From an uncultured Candidatus Solibacter sp. (GTDB taxonomy: Bacteria > Acidobacteriota > Terriglobia > Bryobacterales > Bryobacteraceae), in NCBI GenBank assembly GCA_964402295.1, contig CAYOBO010000001.1:99016-163015 (forward strand): a stretch of DNA of 64,000 nucleotides, in the 5' to 3' direction. Position numbers and translations under genes: made by a program. The notes under the pieces were generated by a model. That model had not been told where the DNA came from. It saw only the letters and a program-made list of their open reading frames with translations, and did no database searches. Positions 1-9,599 of the stretch are shown one piece after another; positions within the stretch are counted from its first letter, which is position 1, and each line of letters opens with the position of its first letter.

Positions 1-117
1 TCGATGCACTCCGTATATGAATGGTCCCACGTCGCCTCCATTTCTCTCCAGGCTAGCCTGAAGCTCTAAAAAAATCGCGGAACCGGTTCGATCCGCAAGA
101 AGGGGGATACGTCTGCG

Positions 118-303
118 ATGTTGGATGCGCGGACAATCCTGCGAGGCGGAGCTACGTTACTTTCGCTCGTGGGAGTAGCCATACTCTGTGACGGTTTTGC
201 CAGTGGAGGGCGCCTGGAGTTGATCGTGCTTGGATTGCTGGTTTTGGCGTGCGCCGCTGGGGCGATGGCTCGTGGACGGACGGGAACGCTAGGGAGCGAT
301 TGA
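118..303 (+). CDS. possible small membrane protein (61 aa), function unknown
   Basis: An AGGGGGA Shine-Dalgarno-like run at 101-107 lies about 10 nt upstream of ATG 118. The product is mostly two hydrophobic helices (LLSLVGVAILC, LIVLGLLVLACAAGAMA). No family recognised, and the ORF is short enough to be spurious. Confidence 0.35.
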   Translation: MLDARTILRGGATLLSLVGVAILCDGFASGGRLELIVLGLLVLACAAGAMARGRTGTLGSD

Positions 304-339
304 GGTTTTGAAATTCCAATTCTGGAGGGATTTTCCGCA

Positions 340-1749
340 ATGTCGAAGAGACGATGCATGCACTGGCTGGCGGCGCTGAGTGTGCCCCTTTTCGTTGGCA
401 CCGGAGTGCTGGCGGCCCAGCAAACCGCCGCCCCGCCGACGGTTGAAGATCTGCAAAAGTCGATTGCTGCCCTACAGAAGCAGACGGATATTGTCTGGAC
501 TTTTGTTGCCGCCGCGCTGGTGTTTTTCATGCAAGCCGGATTCGCGATGGTGGAAGCCGGCTTTACGCGGGCCAAGAACGCGGGCAACATCATGATGAAG
601 AACCTGATGGATTTATCCATGGGCGGCGTGGCGTACTGGGCGGTCGGGTTTGGGCTGATGTTCGGGGTGAGCAACGGGTTCGTGGGGGGATCGGATTTCT
701 TTGTGAATTTCGATAACAGCACGGTGGACGGGCAGTGGGGGTTCACGTTCTGGTTCTTCCAGGTGGTGTTCGCGGCGACGGCGGCAACCATTGTTTCCGG
801 CGCGATGGCCGAGCGGACGAAGTTCAGCGCATATTTGGTGTACAGCTTTTTTATTAGCCTGTTGATTTATCCGATTTTCGGGCACTGGGCGTGGGGGAAC
901 CTGCTGAATGCGGACAATGCGAAATCGGGAGCGTGGCTGGCTGACAAGGGATTCATCGACTTTGCGGGTTCGACGGTGGTGCATTCGGTGGGAGGATGGG
1001 CTGCGCTGGCGGGCGCGATCGTGGTGGGTCCGCGGTTGGGCAAGTTCACCAAGGACGGGAAGGCGATTCCGATTCCGGGCCACAGTCTGACGCTGGCGGC
1101 GCTGGGTGTGTTTATTCTGTTCATGGGCTGGTTTGGGTTCAACCCCGGATCGACGACGGCGGCTAACGGGCTGGGGTCGCGGATCGCGGTGAACACGCTG
1201 TTGGCGGGATGCACGGGGGCGATCGCCTGCCTGATCATCTCCTGGATCAAGTTCGGCAAGCCGGATATCGGCATGACGCTGAACGGGGTTCTGGCGGGAC
1301 TGGTGGCGATCACGGCGCCCTGCGCGACGGTGACGCCGATGGGTTCGCTGATCATTGGTTTCCTGGCCGGGCTGATTGTCTTCTTCAGCGTGCGGTTCTT
1401 CGACGCGGTGAAGATCGACGATCCCGTGGGTGCGATTTCCGTACACGGCGTGTGCGGGTTTTTCGGAACGATCGCCTCGGCGCTGTTCCATGAGAACCTG
1501 TTTCTGGGGAAGGAATTCGATCTGATGGGCCAGTTGCTGACACAGTTGCTGGGGGCCGGGACGTGCTTCCTGTGGACGTTCGGCACGGCGTTCATCCTGT
1601 TCAAGGCGATCGCCATGACGATGGGCTTGCGCGTAACCAAGGAAGAGGAGATCGAGGGCCTCGATTTGTGCGAGCATGGCGCGAACACGTATCCCGATTT
1701 CTCGCATGTGGCGAGCCATTCGAGCTACAGCATGACGCAGGGAGATTAG
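340..1749 (+). CDS. amtB: ammonium transporter (Amt/MEP family)
   Basis: GGAGGGA RBS at 324-330. Signal-like N-terminus followed by the Amt signature stretch AGFAMVEAGFTRAKNAGNIMMKNLMD and about 11 hydrophobic helices. Confidence 0.95.
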   Translation: MSKRRCMHWLAALSVPLFVGTGVLAAQQTAAPPTVEDLQKSIAALQKQTDIVWTFVAAALVFFMQAGFAMVEAGFTRAKNAGNIMMKNLMDLSMGGVAYWAVGFGLMFGVSNGFVGGSDFFVNFDNSTVDGQWGFTFWFFQVVFAATAATIVSGAMAERTKFSAYLVYSFFISLLIYPIFGHWAWGNLLNADNAKSGAWLADKGFIDFAGSTVVHSVGGWAALAGAIVVGPRLGKFTKDGKAIPIPGHSLTLAALGVFILFMGWFGFNPGSTTAANGLGSRIAVNTLLAGCTGAIACLIISWIKFGKPDIGMTLNGVLAGLVAITAPCATVTPMGSLIIGFLAGLIVFFSVRFFDAVKIDDPVGAISVHGVCGFFGTIASALFHENLFLGKEFDLMGQLLTQLLGAGTCFLWTFGTAFILFKAIAMTMGLRVTKEEEIEGLDLCEHGANTYPDFSHVASHSSYSMTQGD

Positions 1750-1782
1750 GGCTAGGAGGGCAGGAGTTACGGAGGCAGACGC

Positions 1783-1820
1783 GGGGGACTGGCCGGGAGG
1801 CTGGTCCCCCGTTTCTGTGT
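1783..1820 (+). terminator. probable intrinsic terminator after amt
   Basis: Imperfect GC-rich hairpin GGGGGACTGGCC-GGGA-GGCTGGTCCCCC followed by GTTTCTGTGT, about 34 nt after the amt stop. Confidence 0.5.
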
Positions 1821-1869
1821 GGGCGGTATATACTGATAGCCTTCAGCTTGTTTCAGAGGGGGTTATCCG

Positions 1870-4800
1870 ATGTTCCGTACAGTAGGGGTTCTTGCCGGCC
1901 TTGCGTGCCTCATGATCGGCCCGGCGTTGGGGCAAACGCAGTTTGCCTCCGTCCGCGGCGTGGTGCAGGACGGCAGTGGGGCGATGCTGACCAATGCGAC
2001 CTTGACGCTCACCAACATTGAGCAGAACCGCCCATGGGTGACGCAATCCAACGAATCCGGCGCTTATGTGTTCCAGCAGATACCGCCGGGCAACTACAAG
2101 CTGGAAGTGCAAGCGCAGGGATTCAAGCGATTCACTCGCGAAGGGCTGACGTTACAGGTGGCGCAGATCGCCGAGTTGAATATCGCGATGGAACTGGGCG
2201 CGGTGACGGAGAGTGTGCAGGTGACGGGAGAGACTCCGCTGCTCGAAACGGCCAGTTCGACGCTTGGGGAAGTGGTGAACTCCGTGACGAGCGAGAATCT
2301 GCCGCTGAACGGGCGGAATGTGTTGCAACTGGTGGCGCTGACGCCGGGGATCAACGCGAACACGAGCTTCTACAACAGCGGATCGGGAGGCGGCAGCATC
2401 GCCGCGGTCGGGTTTTCCGCCAACGGCGGGCGGAATGTGTCGACGGCGGTGATGTTGGATGGATCGCCACAGGAAGTGATGGGATACAATCAGCCGGCGT
2501 ATGTTCCGTCGCCGGACGCGCTGCAAGAGTTCAAGGTGCAAACGAACTCGATGGCGGCGGAGTACGGACGCACGGGCGGCGCTGTGATCAACATGGTGCA
2601 CCGGTCGGGGACGAGCGAATTTCACGGGGTGCTGTATGAGTTTCTGCGCAACAACTCCTTCGACGCGAACGGGTTCTTCAACAACCTGAACGGGCGGCGG
2701 AAGGCGGCGTTCCGCTACAACCAATTCGGGTTTACGGCGGGCGGGCCGCTGACGCCTTCGCGGCAAAGCACGTTCTTCTTCGTGAATTACGAAGGGATTC
2801 GCCAGGTGAATCCGGGAGAGGCGACCTTCACCGTGCCGACGCCGCAGATGCGGAACGGCGATTTTTCGGAGATTAATGGAATCATCTACGATCCGGCGAC
2901 GATTAACGCTGCCGGAGAGCGGTTGCCGTTTGCGGGGAACCGGATCGCCACCAACCGTTTCGACAAGGTGGGGGCGAAGTTTATTTCGTTCTATCCGAAT
3001 CCGAACCGCGCCGGAGTGATCAATAACTTTTTCTCCCAGGCGGGGAGCAATTCGCGGCGGAATAACGTGAGCTTCAAGATCGACCGGAGAATTTCCGACC
3101 GGCAGAACCTGTTCGGGCGTTTTTCCTGGGAGAACGCGACCACGATCCAGGCGCAGCACTATGGCAACGCGGCGACGTCGACGCCGGGCTTTACGGGGGT
3201 GCGGAACCGGAGCGGCACGATCGACGATTCGTATCTGGCGAAGGGGTGGATTCTGCACGGAAACTACGGCTATTCCTACCATTCGAATCCGCGCGGGCCG
3301 CTGGACAACACGATCACTTCCACGGAGCTGGGCTTTCCGGCGGCAGTACAGGCCGCGGCGCAGTTTCCGATTTTCCCGACCGTGTCGGTGACCGGGTATA
3401 GCCAACTGGGACCGGAGTCGAGCTACATCATTGGGAATAAGTTCGAGACGCACACCTGGACGGGCGACGCGTCGAAGCTGTTCGGGACGCATACCATCAA
3501 GCTGGGGGGCACGTACCGGCTGAACCGCGTGTCCAATTCGCGGCCGAACAATCCGAACGGGAACTATACGTTCAACGATGTGTTCACGCGGCGGTTTTTC
3601 AATCGCGCCGGCGGTGGAGACGCGGTGGCGGCGATGCTGCTGGGGCTGGCATCGGGAGGACAGATGCGGTCCGAGCCGGTGCTGGCGTTACAGGTGGCCT
3701 ACGGTGCGCTATACGTGCAGGACGATTGGCGGGTATCGGACAAGCTGACGTTGAATTTGGGGTTGCGCTGGGACGCGGATTTTCCGCAGACGGAGCGGTT
3801 TGACCGTGCGTCCTGGTTCGATCTGAACGCGCAGATTCCATTGCAGGCGCCGGGTTTTGGGCCGCTGTACGGCGGGCTGGTGTTCGCGGGGTCGCGCACG
3901 CCGGGCGCGCCGCGGGGCATCAAGGATCTGGACAAGAACAACTTCGCGCCGCGGGTTGGATTGGCGTACAAGGTGACCAACCGGCTGGTGCTGCGCAGCG
4001 GAGCAGGCTTTTTCTATTCGCCGACAACCGGCTTCGGACCGAACGCCACGAATGCCGGGGCGCTGGGGTTCAATGCGATCACGCCCTATACGGCTTCGAT
4101 CGACGGCAACCGTACGCCGTACACGACGCTGAGCAATCCGTTTCCGGACGGGTTTCTGCCGGCGGAGAACGGGCAAAACGGGCTGCTGACGTTCGTGGGG
4201 CAGAGCATCAATGGGAACCTGCGCTACGACCGTGTTCCGTACGCGGTGCAGTGGAACTTCAACGTGCAGTATGAGACACCGGGCCAGATGCTGCTGGATG
4301 TGGCCTACGCGGGCAACAGCGGCGTGAAGTTGCTGGCCAACTCGCAACTCAACCAGATTCCGGACGCCATGCTCGCGCTGGGGGATGGATTGCTGCAAAC
4401 GGTGCCGAATCCGTTTTTCGGAGTGTTGCCGGCGGCGACGAATCTGGGGCGGGCGACGACGACGCGGGCGCAGTTGCTGCGGCCGTATCCTTGGCTGACC
4501 GGGTTGACGCACCAATGGGGTTCGCAAGCGCACTCGTCGTATCATGCCTTGCAGACGAAGTTCCGCAAGCGTTATACCAACGGGCTACAGTTCCTGCTGG
4601 CGTATACGTGGTCGAAGACGATCGACGATGTTTCGTCGGTGGCGGGGTTTCTGGGCGATCAGAATCCGGGGTATACGAACAATAACCGGCGGGACCTGGA
4701 CCGGTCTCTGAGTGCATCGCACATTCCCCATAATCTGGCCTTCAATTATCAATGGGAATTGCCGTTTGGGAAGGGGAAGCCGGTGTGGAATCGCGGTGGC

Positions 4801-5274
4801 GCGCTGAATCATGCGGTAGGCGGCTGGACGCTGAACGGGATCACGTCCATTCAATCCGGGGCGCCGATTTCCATCGATTCGCGAAACAATACCACCGCGT
4901 CGCAGGGCGGCGGGCAGCGTCCGAACTCGACGGGGATTTCCAGCGTCACGCCGGGATCGGCCAAGGACCGCATCAACGGGTGGTTCAATCCGGCGGCATT
5001 CGTCGACGCGCCGCCGTTTACCTTCGGCAACGTGGGGCGCTTTCTGCCGGACAACCTTGGCCCACCGCTGCACAATTGGGACGTTTCGATTTTGAAGCAT
5101 TTTCCGATTCGTGAATCTGTACGGTTACAATTTCGTGCGGAATTTTTCAATATGTTCAATATTGTGAATTTGCGAGCGCCCTCGGGGACCGTGTTTGGGC
5201 AGCCGGCATTTGGGCGGATTACCGCCGCCGATCCGGCCAGGGTGATTCAATTCGGGCTGAAGCTGTATTACTAG
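1870..5274 (+). CDS. TonB-dependent receptor with N-terminal CarboxypepD_reg-like domain
   Basis: 1134 aa with a signal peptide. N-terminal beta-sandwich (VRGVVQDGSGAMLTNATLTLTN, YVFQQIPPGNYKLEV), a plug region, and a long beta-barrel rich in G/N/Y/F that ends in aromatic residues (FGLKLYY). Confidence 0.9.
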   Translation: MFRTVGVLAGLACLMIGPALGQTQFASVRGVVQDGSGAMLTNATLTLTNIEQNRPWVTQSNESGAYVFQQIPPGNYKLEVQAQGFKRFTREGLTLQVAQIAELNIAMELGAVTESVQVTGETPLLETASSTLGEVVNSVTSENLPLNGRNVLQLVALTPGINANTSFYNSGSGGGSIAAVGFSANGGRNVSTAVMLDGSPQEVMGYNQPAYVPSPDALQEFKVQTNSMAAEYGRTGGAVINMVHRSGTSEFHGVLYEFLRNNSFDANGFFNNLNGRRKAAFRYNQFGFTAGGPLTPSRQSTFFFVNYEGIRQVNPGEATFTVPTPQMRNGDFSEINGIIYDPATINAAGERLPFAGNRIATNRFDKVGAKFISFYPNPNRAGVINNFFSQAGSNSRRNNVSFKIDRRISDRQNLFGRFSWENATTIQAQHYGNAATSTPGFTGVRNRSGTIDDSYLAKGWILHGNYGYSYHSNPRGPLDNTITSTELGFPAAVQAAAQFPIFPTVSVTGYSQLGPESSYIIGNKFETHTWTGDASKLFGTHTIKLGGTYRLNRVSNSRPNNPNGNYTFNDVFTRRFFNRAGGGDAVAAMLLGLASGGQMRSEPVLALQVAYGALYVQDDWRVSDKLTLNLGLRWDADFPQTERFDRASWFDLNAQIPLQAPGFGPLYGGLVFAGSRTPGAPRGIKDLDKNNFAPRVGLAYKVTNRLVLRSGAGFFYSPTTGFGPNATNAGALGFNAITPYTASIDGNRTPYTTLSNPFPDGFLPAENGQNGLLTFVGQSINGNLRYDRVPYAVQWNFNVQYETPGQMLLDVAYAGNSGVKLLANSQLNQIPDAMLALGDGLLQTVPNPFFGVLPAATNLGRATTTRAQLLRPYPWLTGLTHQWGSQAHSSYHALQTKFRKRYTNGLQFLLAYTWSKTIDDVSSVAGFLGDQNPGYTNNNRRDLDRSLSASHIPHNLAFNYQWELPFGKGKPVWNRGGALNHAVGGWTLNGITSIQSGAPISIDSRNNTTASQGGGQRPNSTGISSVTPGSAKDRINGWFNPAAFVDAPPFTFGNVGRFLPDNLGPPLHNWDVSILKHFPIRESVRLQFRAEFFNMFNIVNLRAPSGTVFGQPAFGRITAADPARVIQFGLKLYY

Positions 5275-5365
5275 ATGCGTGACTTCGGTCACTGCCAAGA
5301 TCCGGGGCTGCTGCTAGGGTTGTTCTTTCAGGCCAATATTCGCCAAGTAAAGGACAAACACTTCC

Positions 5366-7594
5366 ATGAAGAAGCTTTGGATCGCATTCGCGGCCGTACT
5401 GGTGGTGTCTTTCAGCATCCTGGGATGGGTCGGGACACGCATTTATCAGGAGATGCCGCCCATACCCGAGAGGGTGGTGACCACGGACGGGCAGCAGGTT
5501 ACCGCTGCCGGAGACATCGGGAAGGGCCAGAATGTCTGGCAATCGCTGGGTGGCATGCAGGTGGGTTCGATCTGGGGGCACGGGAGCTACGTTGCTCCCG
5601 ACTGGACCGCGGATTGGCTGCATCGCGAAGCGATGTTCGTATTGAACGAGTGGGCGCAACGGGACTACTCGAGGGGTTACGATGCGTTGCCGGCGGAGGA
5701 GAAGGCGAAGTTGCGGGGGCGGTTGGAGGAGATGTACCGCACGAACACCTACGATGCGGCATCGAACACATTGCGGATCGATCCGGTGCGGGCGCGGGCA
5801 TTCCAGGAGTGCTTGCAACACTACTCCGGGGTGTTTCGCAACGGCAACGTGCCGTACGCGATTCCTCCCGGTGCGGTGAGCAGCGAAGAGCGCATGCGGC
5901 AGTTCGCCGCCTTCATTTTCTGGACGGCGTGGAGCGCGGCGGCGAACCGGCCGGGCCAGACGATTTCCTATACCAATAACTGGCCGCATGAGCCGCTGGT
6001 GGGGAACCGTCCGACCGGGGATAGTGTGATGTGGACCGGGGTCAGCATCATCATGCTGCTGGCCGGCATCTGCGCCATGGTGTGGTGGTATGCATCGCAG
6101 AAGGAGAAGGACGATCATGGTCCGCTGCCGGCGTCGGATCCGCTGGCGCAGTGGCGCGCGACCCCATCGCAGAAGGCGACGATGAAGTATTTCTGGGTGG
6201 TGTCGCTGCTGATTCTGGTGCAGATTCTGGTGGGGACGGTGACGGCGCATTACGGAGTGGAAGGCGACGGGTTCTACGGGCTGAAAATCGCCGACATCCT
6301 GCCGTACAGCGTGACGCGGACGTGGCATGTGCAGTTGGGGATTTTCTGGATCGCGACGGCGTGGCTGGCGGCGGGGTTGTTTATCGGGCCGCTGGTGAGC
6401 GGGCATGAGCCGAAGTTCCAGGCCTTGGGCGTCAATGTGCTGTTCGGCGCGTTGCTGGCGATTGTGGTGGGATCGCTCGCCGGGCAATGGATGAGCGTGA
6501 TGAACCGGCTGAGCGACGGGACTTCGTTCTACTGGGGGCACCAGGGATATGAGTATGTGGACTTGGGGCGCGGGTGGCAGTTGCTGTTGTTTGCGGGGCT
6601 GCTGATCTGGCTGTTTCTGGTGGTGCGGGCGATCCGGCCGGCGTTGCAGAAGCAGGGCGAGCACCGTCCGCTGCTGTGGTTGTTCCTGCTTTCGGCGGGG
6701 GCGATCGGATTGTTCTACGGAGCTGGGTTGACCTGGGGCCAGCATACGCATTTGTCGATGGTGGAGTACTGGCGCTGGTGGGTGGTGCATCTGTGGGTGG
6801 AGGGCTTCTTTGAAGTGTTTGCGACGACGGTGATTGCGTTCTTCTTCGCGCAGTTGAAACTGATCCGGCCGAAGTTCGCGGCGGAAGCGGCGCTGTTGTC
6901 GGCCACGATCTTCCTGGCCGGGGGTATTATCGGGACGTGCCACCACCTGTATTTCAGCGGGACGCCGACGGTGGCGCTGGCATGGGGATCGGTGTTCAGC
7001 GCACTGGAAGTGGTACCGCTGACGCTGGTGGCTTATGGGGCACTGGACGATCTGCGGCGCGGGCAGCTTACGGTTTGGGGCGAGCGGTACCGGTGGCCGA
7101 TCTACTTCTTCGTCTCGGTGGCTTTCTGGAACATGGTGGGCGCCGGGTTGTTCGGGTTCATGATCAATCCGCCGATTGCGCTGTACTTCATGCAGGGGCT
7201 GAATACGACTCCGCTGCACGGGCACGCGGCGCTATTCGGGGTGTACGGCATGCTGGGCATCGGACTGATGCTGGTCTGCCTGCGGGCGATGGGTCCGCAG
7301 TCGTTGTGGAAGGAAGGCTGGCTGAAGTTTTCCTTTTGGGGGATGAATCTGGGGCTTCTGGCGATGTGTGTGGGGAGCCTGCTGCCGGTGGGTCTGCGGC
7401 AGACGTGGGCATCGGTGGAAGTGGGCTACTGGTATGCGCGCAGCACGGAGTTCCTGGGAACTCCGGCGATGCAGACGCTGCGCTGGTTGCGCGCTCCGGG
7501 GGATACGCTGTTCGCCGTGGGAGCGATTGTGCTGGTGCTGTTTGTGTTTATCGGGCGCCGGGGCGCCGCGGGCGCGGGCCGGATTGCCAGTTGA
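5366..7594 (+). CDS. norB: nitric oxide reductase, single-subunit quinol-type (qNOR, NorB/NorZ-like)
   Basis: 742 aa. One N-terminal TM helix plus a periplasmic extension fused to a multi-helix heme-copper-oxidase-like core with conserved His-containing helices (HLWVEGFFE, HHLYFSG, HGHAALFG). Confidence 0.9.
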   Translation: MKKLWIAFAAVLVVSFSILGWVGTRIYQEMPPIPERVVTTDGQQVTAAGDIGKGQNVWQSLGGMQVGSIWGHGSYVAPDWTADWLHREAMFVLNEWAQRDYSRGYDALPAEEKAKLRGRLEEMYRTNTYDAASNTLRIDPVRARAFQECLQHYSGVFRNGNVPYAIPPGAVSSEERMRQFAAFIFWTAWSAAANRPGQTISYTNNWPHEPLVGNRPTGDSVMWTGVSIIMLLAGICAMVWWYASQKEKDDHGPLPASDPLAQWRATPSQKATMKYFWVVSLLILVQILVGTVTAHYGVEGDGFYGLKIADILPYSVTRTWHVQLGIFWIATAWLAAGLFIGPLVSGHEPKFQALGVNVLFGALLAIVVGSLAGQWMSVMNRLSDGTSFYWGHQGYEYVDLGRGWQLLLFAGLLIWLFLVVRAIRPALQKQGEHRPLLWLFLLSAGAIGLFYGAGLTWGQHTHLSMVEYWRWWVVHLWVEGFFEVFATTVIAFFFAQLKLIRPKFAAEAALLSATIFLAGGIIGTCHHLYFSGTPTVALAWGSVFSALEVVPLTLVAYGALDDLRRGQLTVWGERYRWPIYFFVSVAFWNMVGAGLFGFMINPPIALYFMQGLNTTPLHGHAALFGVYGMLGIGLMLVCLRAMGPQSLWKEGWLKFSFWGMNLGLLAMCVGSLLPVGLRQTWASVEVGYWYARSTEFLGTPAMQTLRWLRAPGDTLFAVGAIVLVLFVFIGRRGAAGAGRIAS

Positions 7595-7601
7595 CGGGGG
7601 T

Positions 7602-9272
7602 TCAGGTTCGTCCGCGGCGGATGAGATCTTCGGCGTGGCGGAGGGCCTCGGGCGTGAGCTGGCCGCTGAGCATGCGGCCGATTTCCTGGGTACGGGCATC
7701 GCCGTGCAACTCCTCGATGGTGGCGACGGTGCGGCCCTTGGTCTCGCGTTTTTCGACGGAGAAGTGGTGATCGGCGCAGCCGGCGATCTGCGCAAGGTGG
7801 GTCACGCAGAGCACCTGATTGGCGGCGGCGATGGTTTTGAGGCGGCGGCCGACGCTTTCCGCGGCGCGGCCGCCGATGCCGGCATCCACTTCATCGAAGA
7901 CGAGGGTGCGATGGCCGGCCTTGGCGCCGCGGACGATGGTGGATGCCTTGAGGGCGAGCGCGACGCGGGACAACTCGCCGCCGGAAGCGATGCGGTCGAG
8001 CGGGCGCGGTTCCTCGCCGAGGTTTGGCGCAATGAGGAACTCGACGGTATCGAAGCCGGAGGGCGACCAAGCGGATTCGTGGAAGGCGATGCGGAAGCGG
8101 GTGCGGTCCATGGCGAGGGCGGCCAGTTCCTCTTCGACCTTTTTTTCGAGCTTGCGTGCCGCCTGCCGGCGGGCTTCGGAGAGTTTCTGGGCGGCCTCGC
8201 GGAAGGACGCTTCGGCTTTGTCGAGGGCCTGCTTCAATTCGGCGCGGTGCGCTTCGGTGTTTTCCGCCGAGTCGAGTTGGCGGCGTGTTGTGTCGTAGAA
8301 GGTGAGGATCTCCTCGATGGTTGTGCCGTACTTGCGCTTCAACTTCTCGATGGCCACCAGGCGCGATTCGACGCGATCGAGGCGCGCCGGATCGGCTTCG
8401 AGCCGGCCGAGGTAGTCGCGGAGCGAATAGGACACGTCATCGACCATCGCCTCGGCGGACTGGAGGGGGTCCAGGCAAGGCTCCAGGGAGGCATCGATGC
8501 GAGCCAGTTCCTCCAGCCGCTTGCGAGCCAAGCGGAGTTGGGCGAGGGCCGCGGTGGGGGAATCGTAGAGGGCTTCGTAGGCGGCCGAAGCGCTCTGTTC
8601 CAGACGGGTCACGTTCTGGAGGATGCGCTTTTCCTGTTCGAGGGCGTCGTCCTCGCCGGGCTTGGGCGCGACAGCTTCGATCTCCTTTACCTGATACGAC
8701 CAGAGGTCGGCGAGCCGGAGTCGTTCCTGCCCGGTGCGGTCGAGTTGTTCGAGGGCGTCGCTGGCAGCCTTCCATTGCCGGTAGCGGGTGGCGGTTTCGG
8801 AGAGAGCGGTTGCGTCACAGGCGAACTCGTCGAGCATGGCGAGTTGTTCCTCGCGGTCAAAGAGGCGCTGCTGATCGTGCTGGCCGTGGATATCGCCGAG
8901 CAGGGCGGCAAGTTCGCGGAGGAGGGTGGCGGTCACGGGGCGGCTGGCGGCGAAGGCGCGCGATTTGCCATTGGAGAGGATCTCGCGTTCCACGAGCAAT
9001 TCGCCTTCTTCGGGGGCGATGCCGAGGGTTTCCAGGCGGGTGCGAAAGGCGGGATCGGCGGGGGCTTCAAAGATGCCGGAAACGCGCGCCCGATCGCAGC
9101 CGGTGCGGATCATGTCGGCAGAGGCGCGGCCGCCAAAGAGGAGGCCGAGGGCATCGACTATGATCGACTTTCCACTGCCTGTTTCCCCTGTCAGGACGTT
9201 GAAGCCGGGATGAAACCGGACCCGCAGGCGCTCCATGACCGCCAGATTTTCCACCATCAACTCGACCAGCAT
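7602..9272 (-). CDS. recN: DNA repair protein RecN
   Basis: SMC-like layout: Walker A GETGSGKS near the N-terminus, a long coiled-coil middle, then SGGELSRVALAL and LVFDEVDAGIGG near the C-terminus. Start placed at ATG 9272 (MLVELMVENL). The 48 upstream codons of the tracked ORF are low-complexity P/S/R. Confidence 0.93.
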   Translation of the reverse strand: MLVELMVENLAVMERLRVRFHPGFNVLTGETGSGKSIIVDALGLLFGGRASADMIRTGCDRARVSGIFEAPADPAFRTRLETLGIAPEEGELLVEREILSNGKSRAFAASRPVTATLLRELAALLGDIHGQHDQQRLFDREEQLAMLDEFACDATALSETATRYRQWKAASDALEQLDRTGQERLRLADLWSYQVKEIEAVAPKPGEDDALEQEKRILQNVTRLEQSASAAYEALYDSPTAALAQLRLARKRLEELARIDASLEPCLDPLQSAEAMVDDVSYSLRDYLGRLEADPARLDRVESRLVAIEKLKRKYGTTIEEILTFYDTTRRQLDSAENTEAHRAELKQALDKAEASFREAAQKLSEARRQAARKLEKKVEEELAALAMDRTRFRIAFHESAWSPSGFDTVEFLIAPNLGEEPRPLDRIASGGELSRVALALKASTIVRGAKAGHRTLVFDEVDAGIGGRAAESVGRRLKTIAAANQVLCVTHLAQIAGCADHHFSVEKRETKGRTVATIEELHGDARTQEIGRMLSGQLTPEALRHAEDLIRRGRT

Positions 9273-9340
9273 CGAAGGAATGATAGCGCGCTTGACAGAT
9301 CCGGCGGAGGATTTGCGCCTGAGTGGAGTGGAGGGCAGGA

Positions 9341-9598
9341 ATGACCCGCAGAGAAACATTCGCCTTCGCAGCGCTGATGGCGGCGCCGGCGATGGCGGCC
9401 AAGGAGGAGACCGCAATGTTTGACGAATTGATCAAGGCGAGCATGGAGAGCAAGAAGGGGCTGACGTTCTACCTGGATGGGCAGACCATCGGCGGGGCGG
9501 TGACGAAGATCGGCGCGGGATTCGTCGAGTTGCGCAGCCAGCAGTATTCGCGCATTGTGATCAAGCTTGACAGCGTCAACGCCGTGGCGATGATGTAG
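9341..9598 (+). CDS. small secreted hypothetical protein (85 aa)
   Basis: GGAGGG at 9330-9335 lies 5 nt before ATG 9341. Signal-like MTRRETFAFAALMAAPAMAA is followed by a short beta-rich domain (GLTFYLDGQTIGGAVTKIGAGFVELRS). Divergent from recN. No family recognised. Confidence 0.45.
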   Translation: MTRRETFAFAALMAAPAMAAKEETAMFDELIKASMESKKGLTFYLDGQTIGGAVTKIGAGFVELRSQQYSRIVIKLDSVNAVAMM

Positions 9599-9599
9599 G

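Noticed and set aside
51-62. Perfect 12-nt palindrome CAGGCTAGCCTG followed by an A-run
   Set aside because: There is no loop for a stable hairpin. The A-run is on the wrong side for a plus-strand terminator and the T-run precedes the palindrome on the minus strand. Probably chance.
66-791. 241-aa minus-strand ORF spanning the amt start region
   Set aside because: It overlaps the well-supported amt gene and its RBS. The translation is P/S/A/T/R-rich with no family resemblance.
1750-1869. Possible cobalamin or other riboswitch upstream of the TonB-dependent receptor
   Set aside because: No B12-box-like GCCACTG core or other riboswitch signature was seen. The segment is better explained as the amt terminator plus a short leader.
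5219-7225. 668-aa ORF on the minus strand, antisense to the NO reductase gene
   Set aside because: The product is extremely R/P/H/Q-rich low complexity. It mirrors a plus-strand gene with clear family motifs. This is the typical stop-codon-poor antisense frame of GC-rich DNA.
7368-9344. 658-aa ORF on the plus strand, antisense to recN
   Set aside because: G/A/E-rich low-complexity translation with no motifs. The opposite strand encodes an unmistakable RecN.
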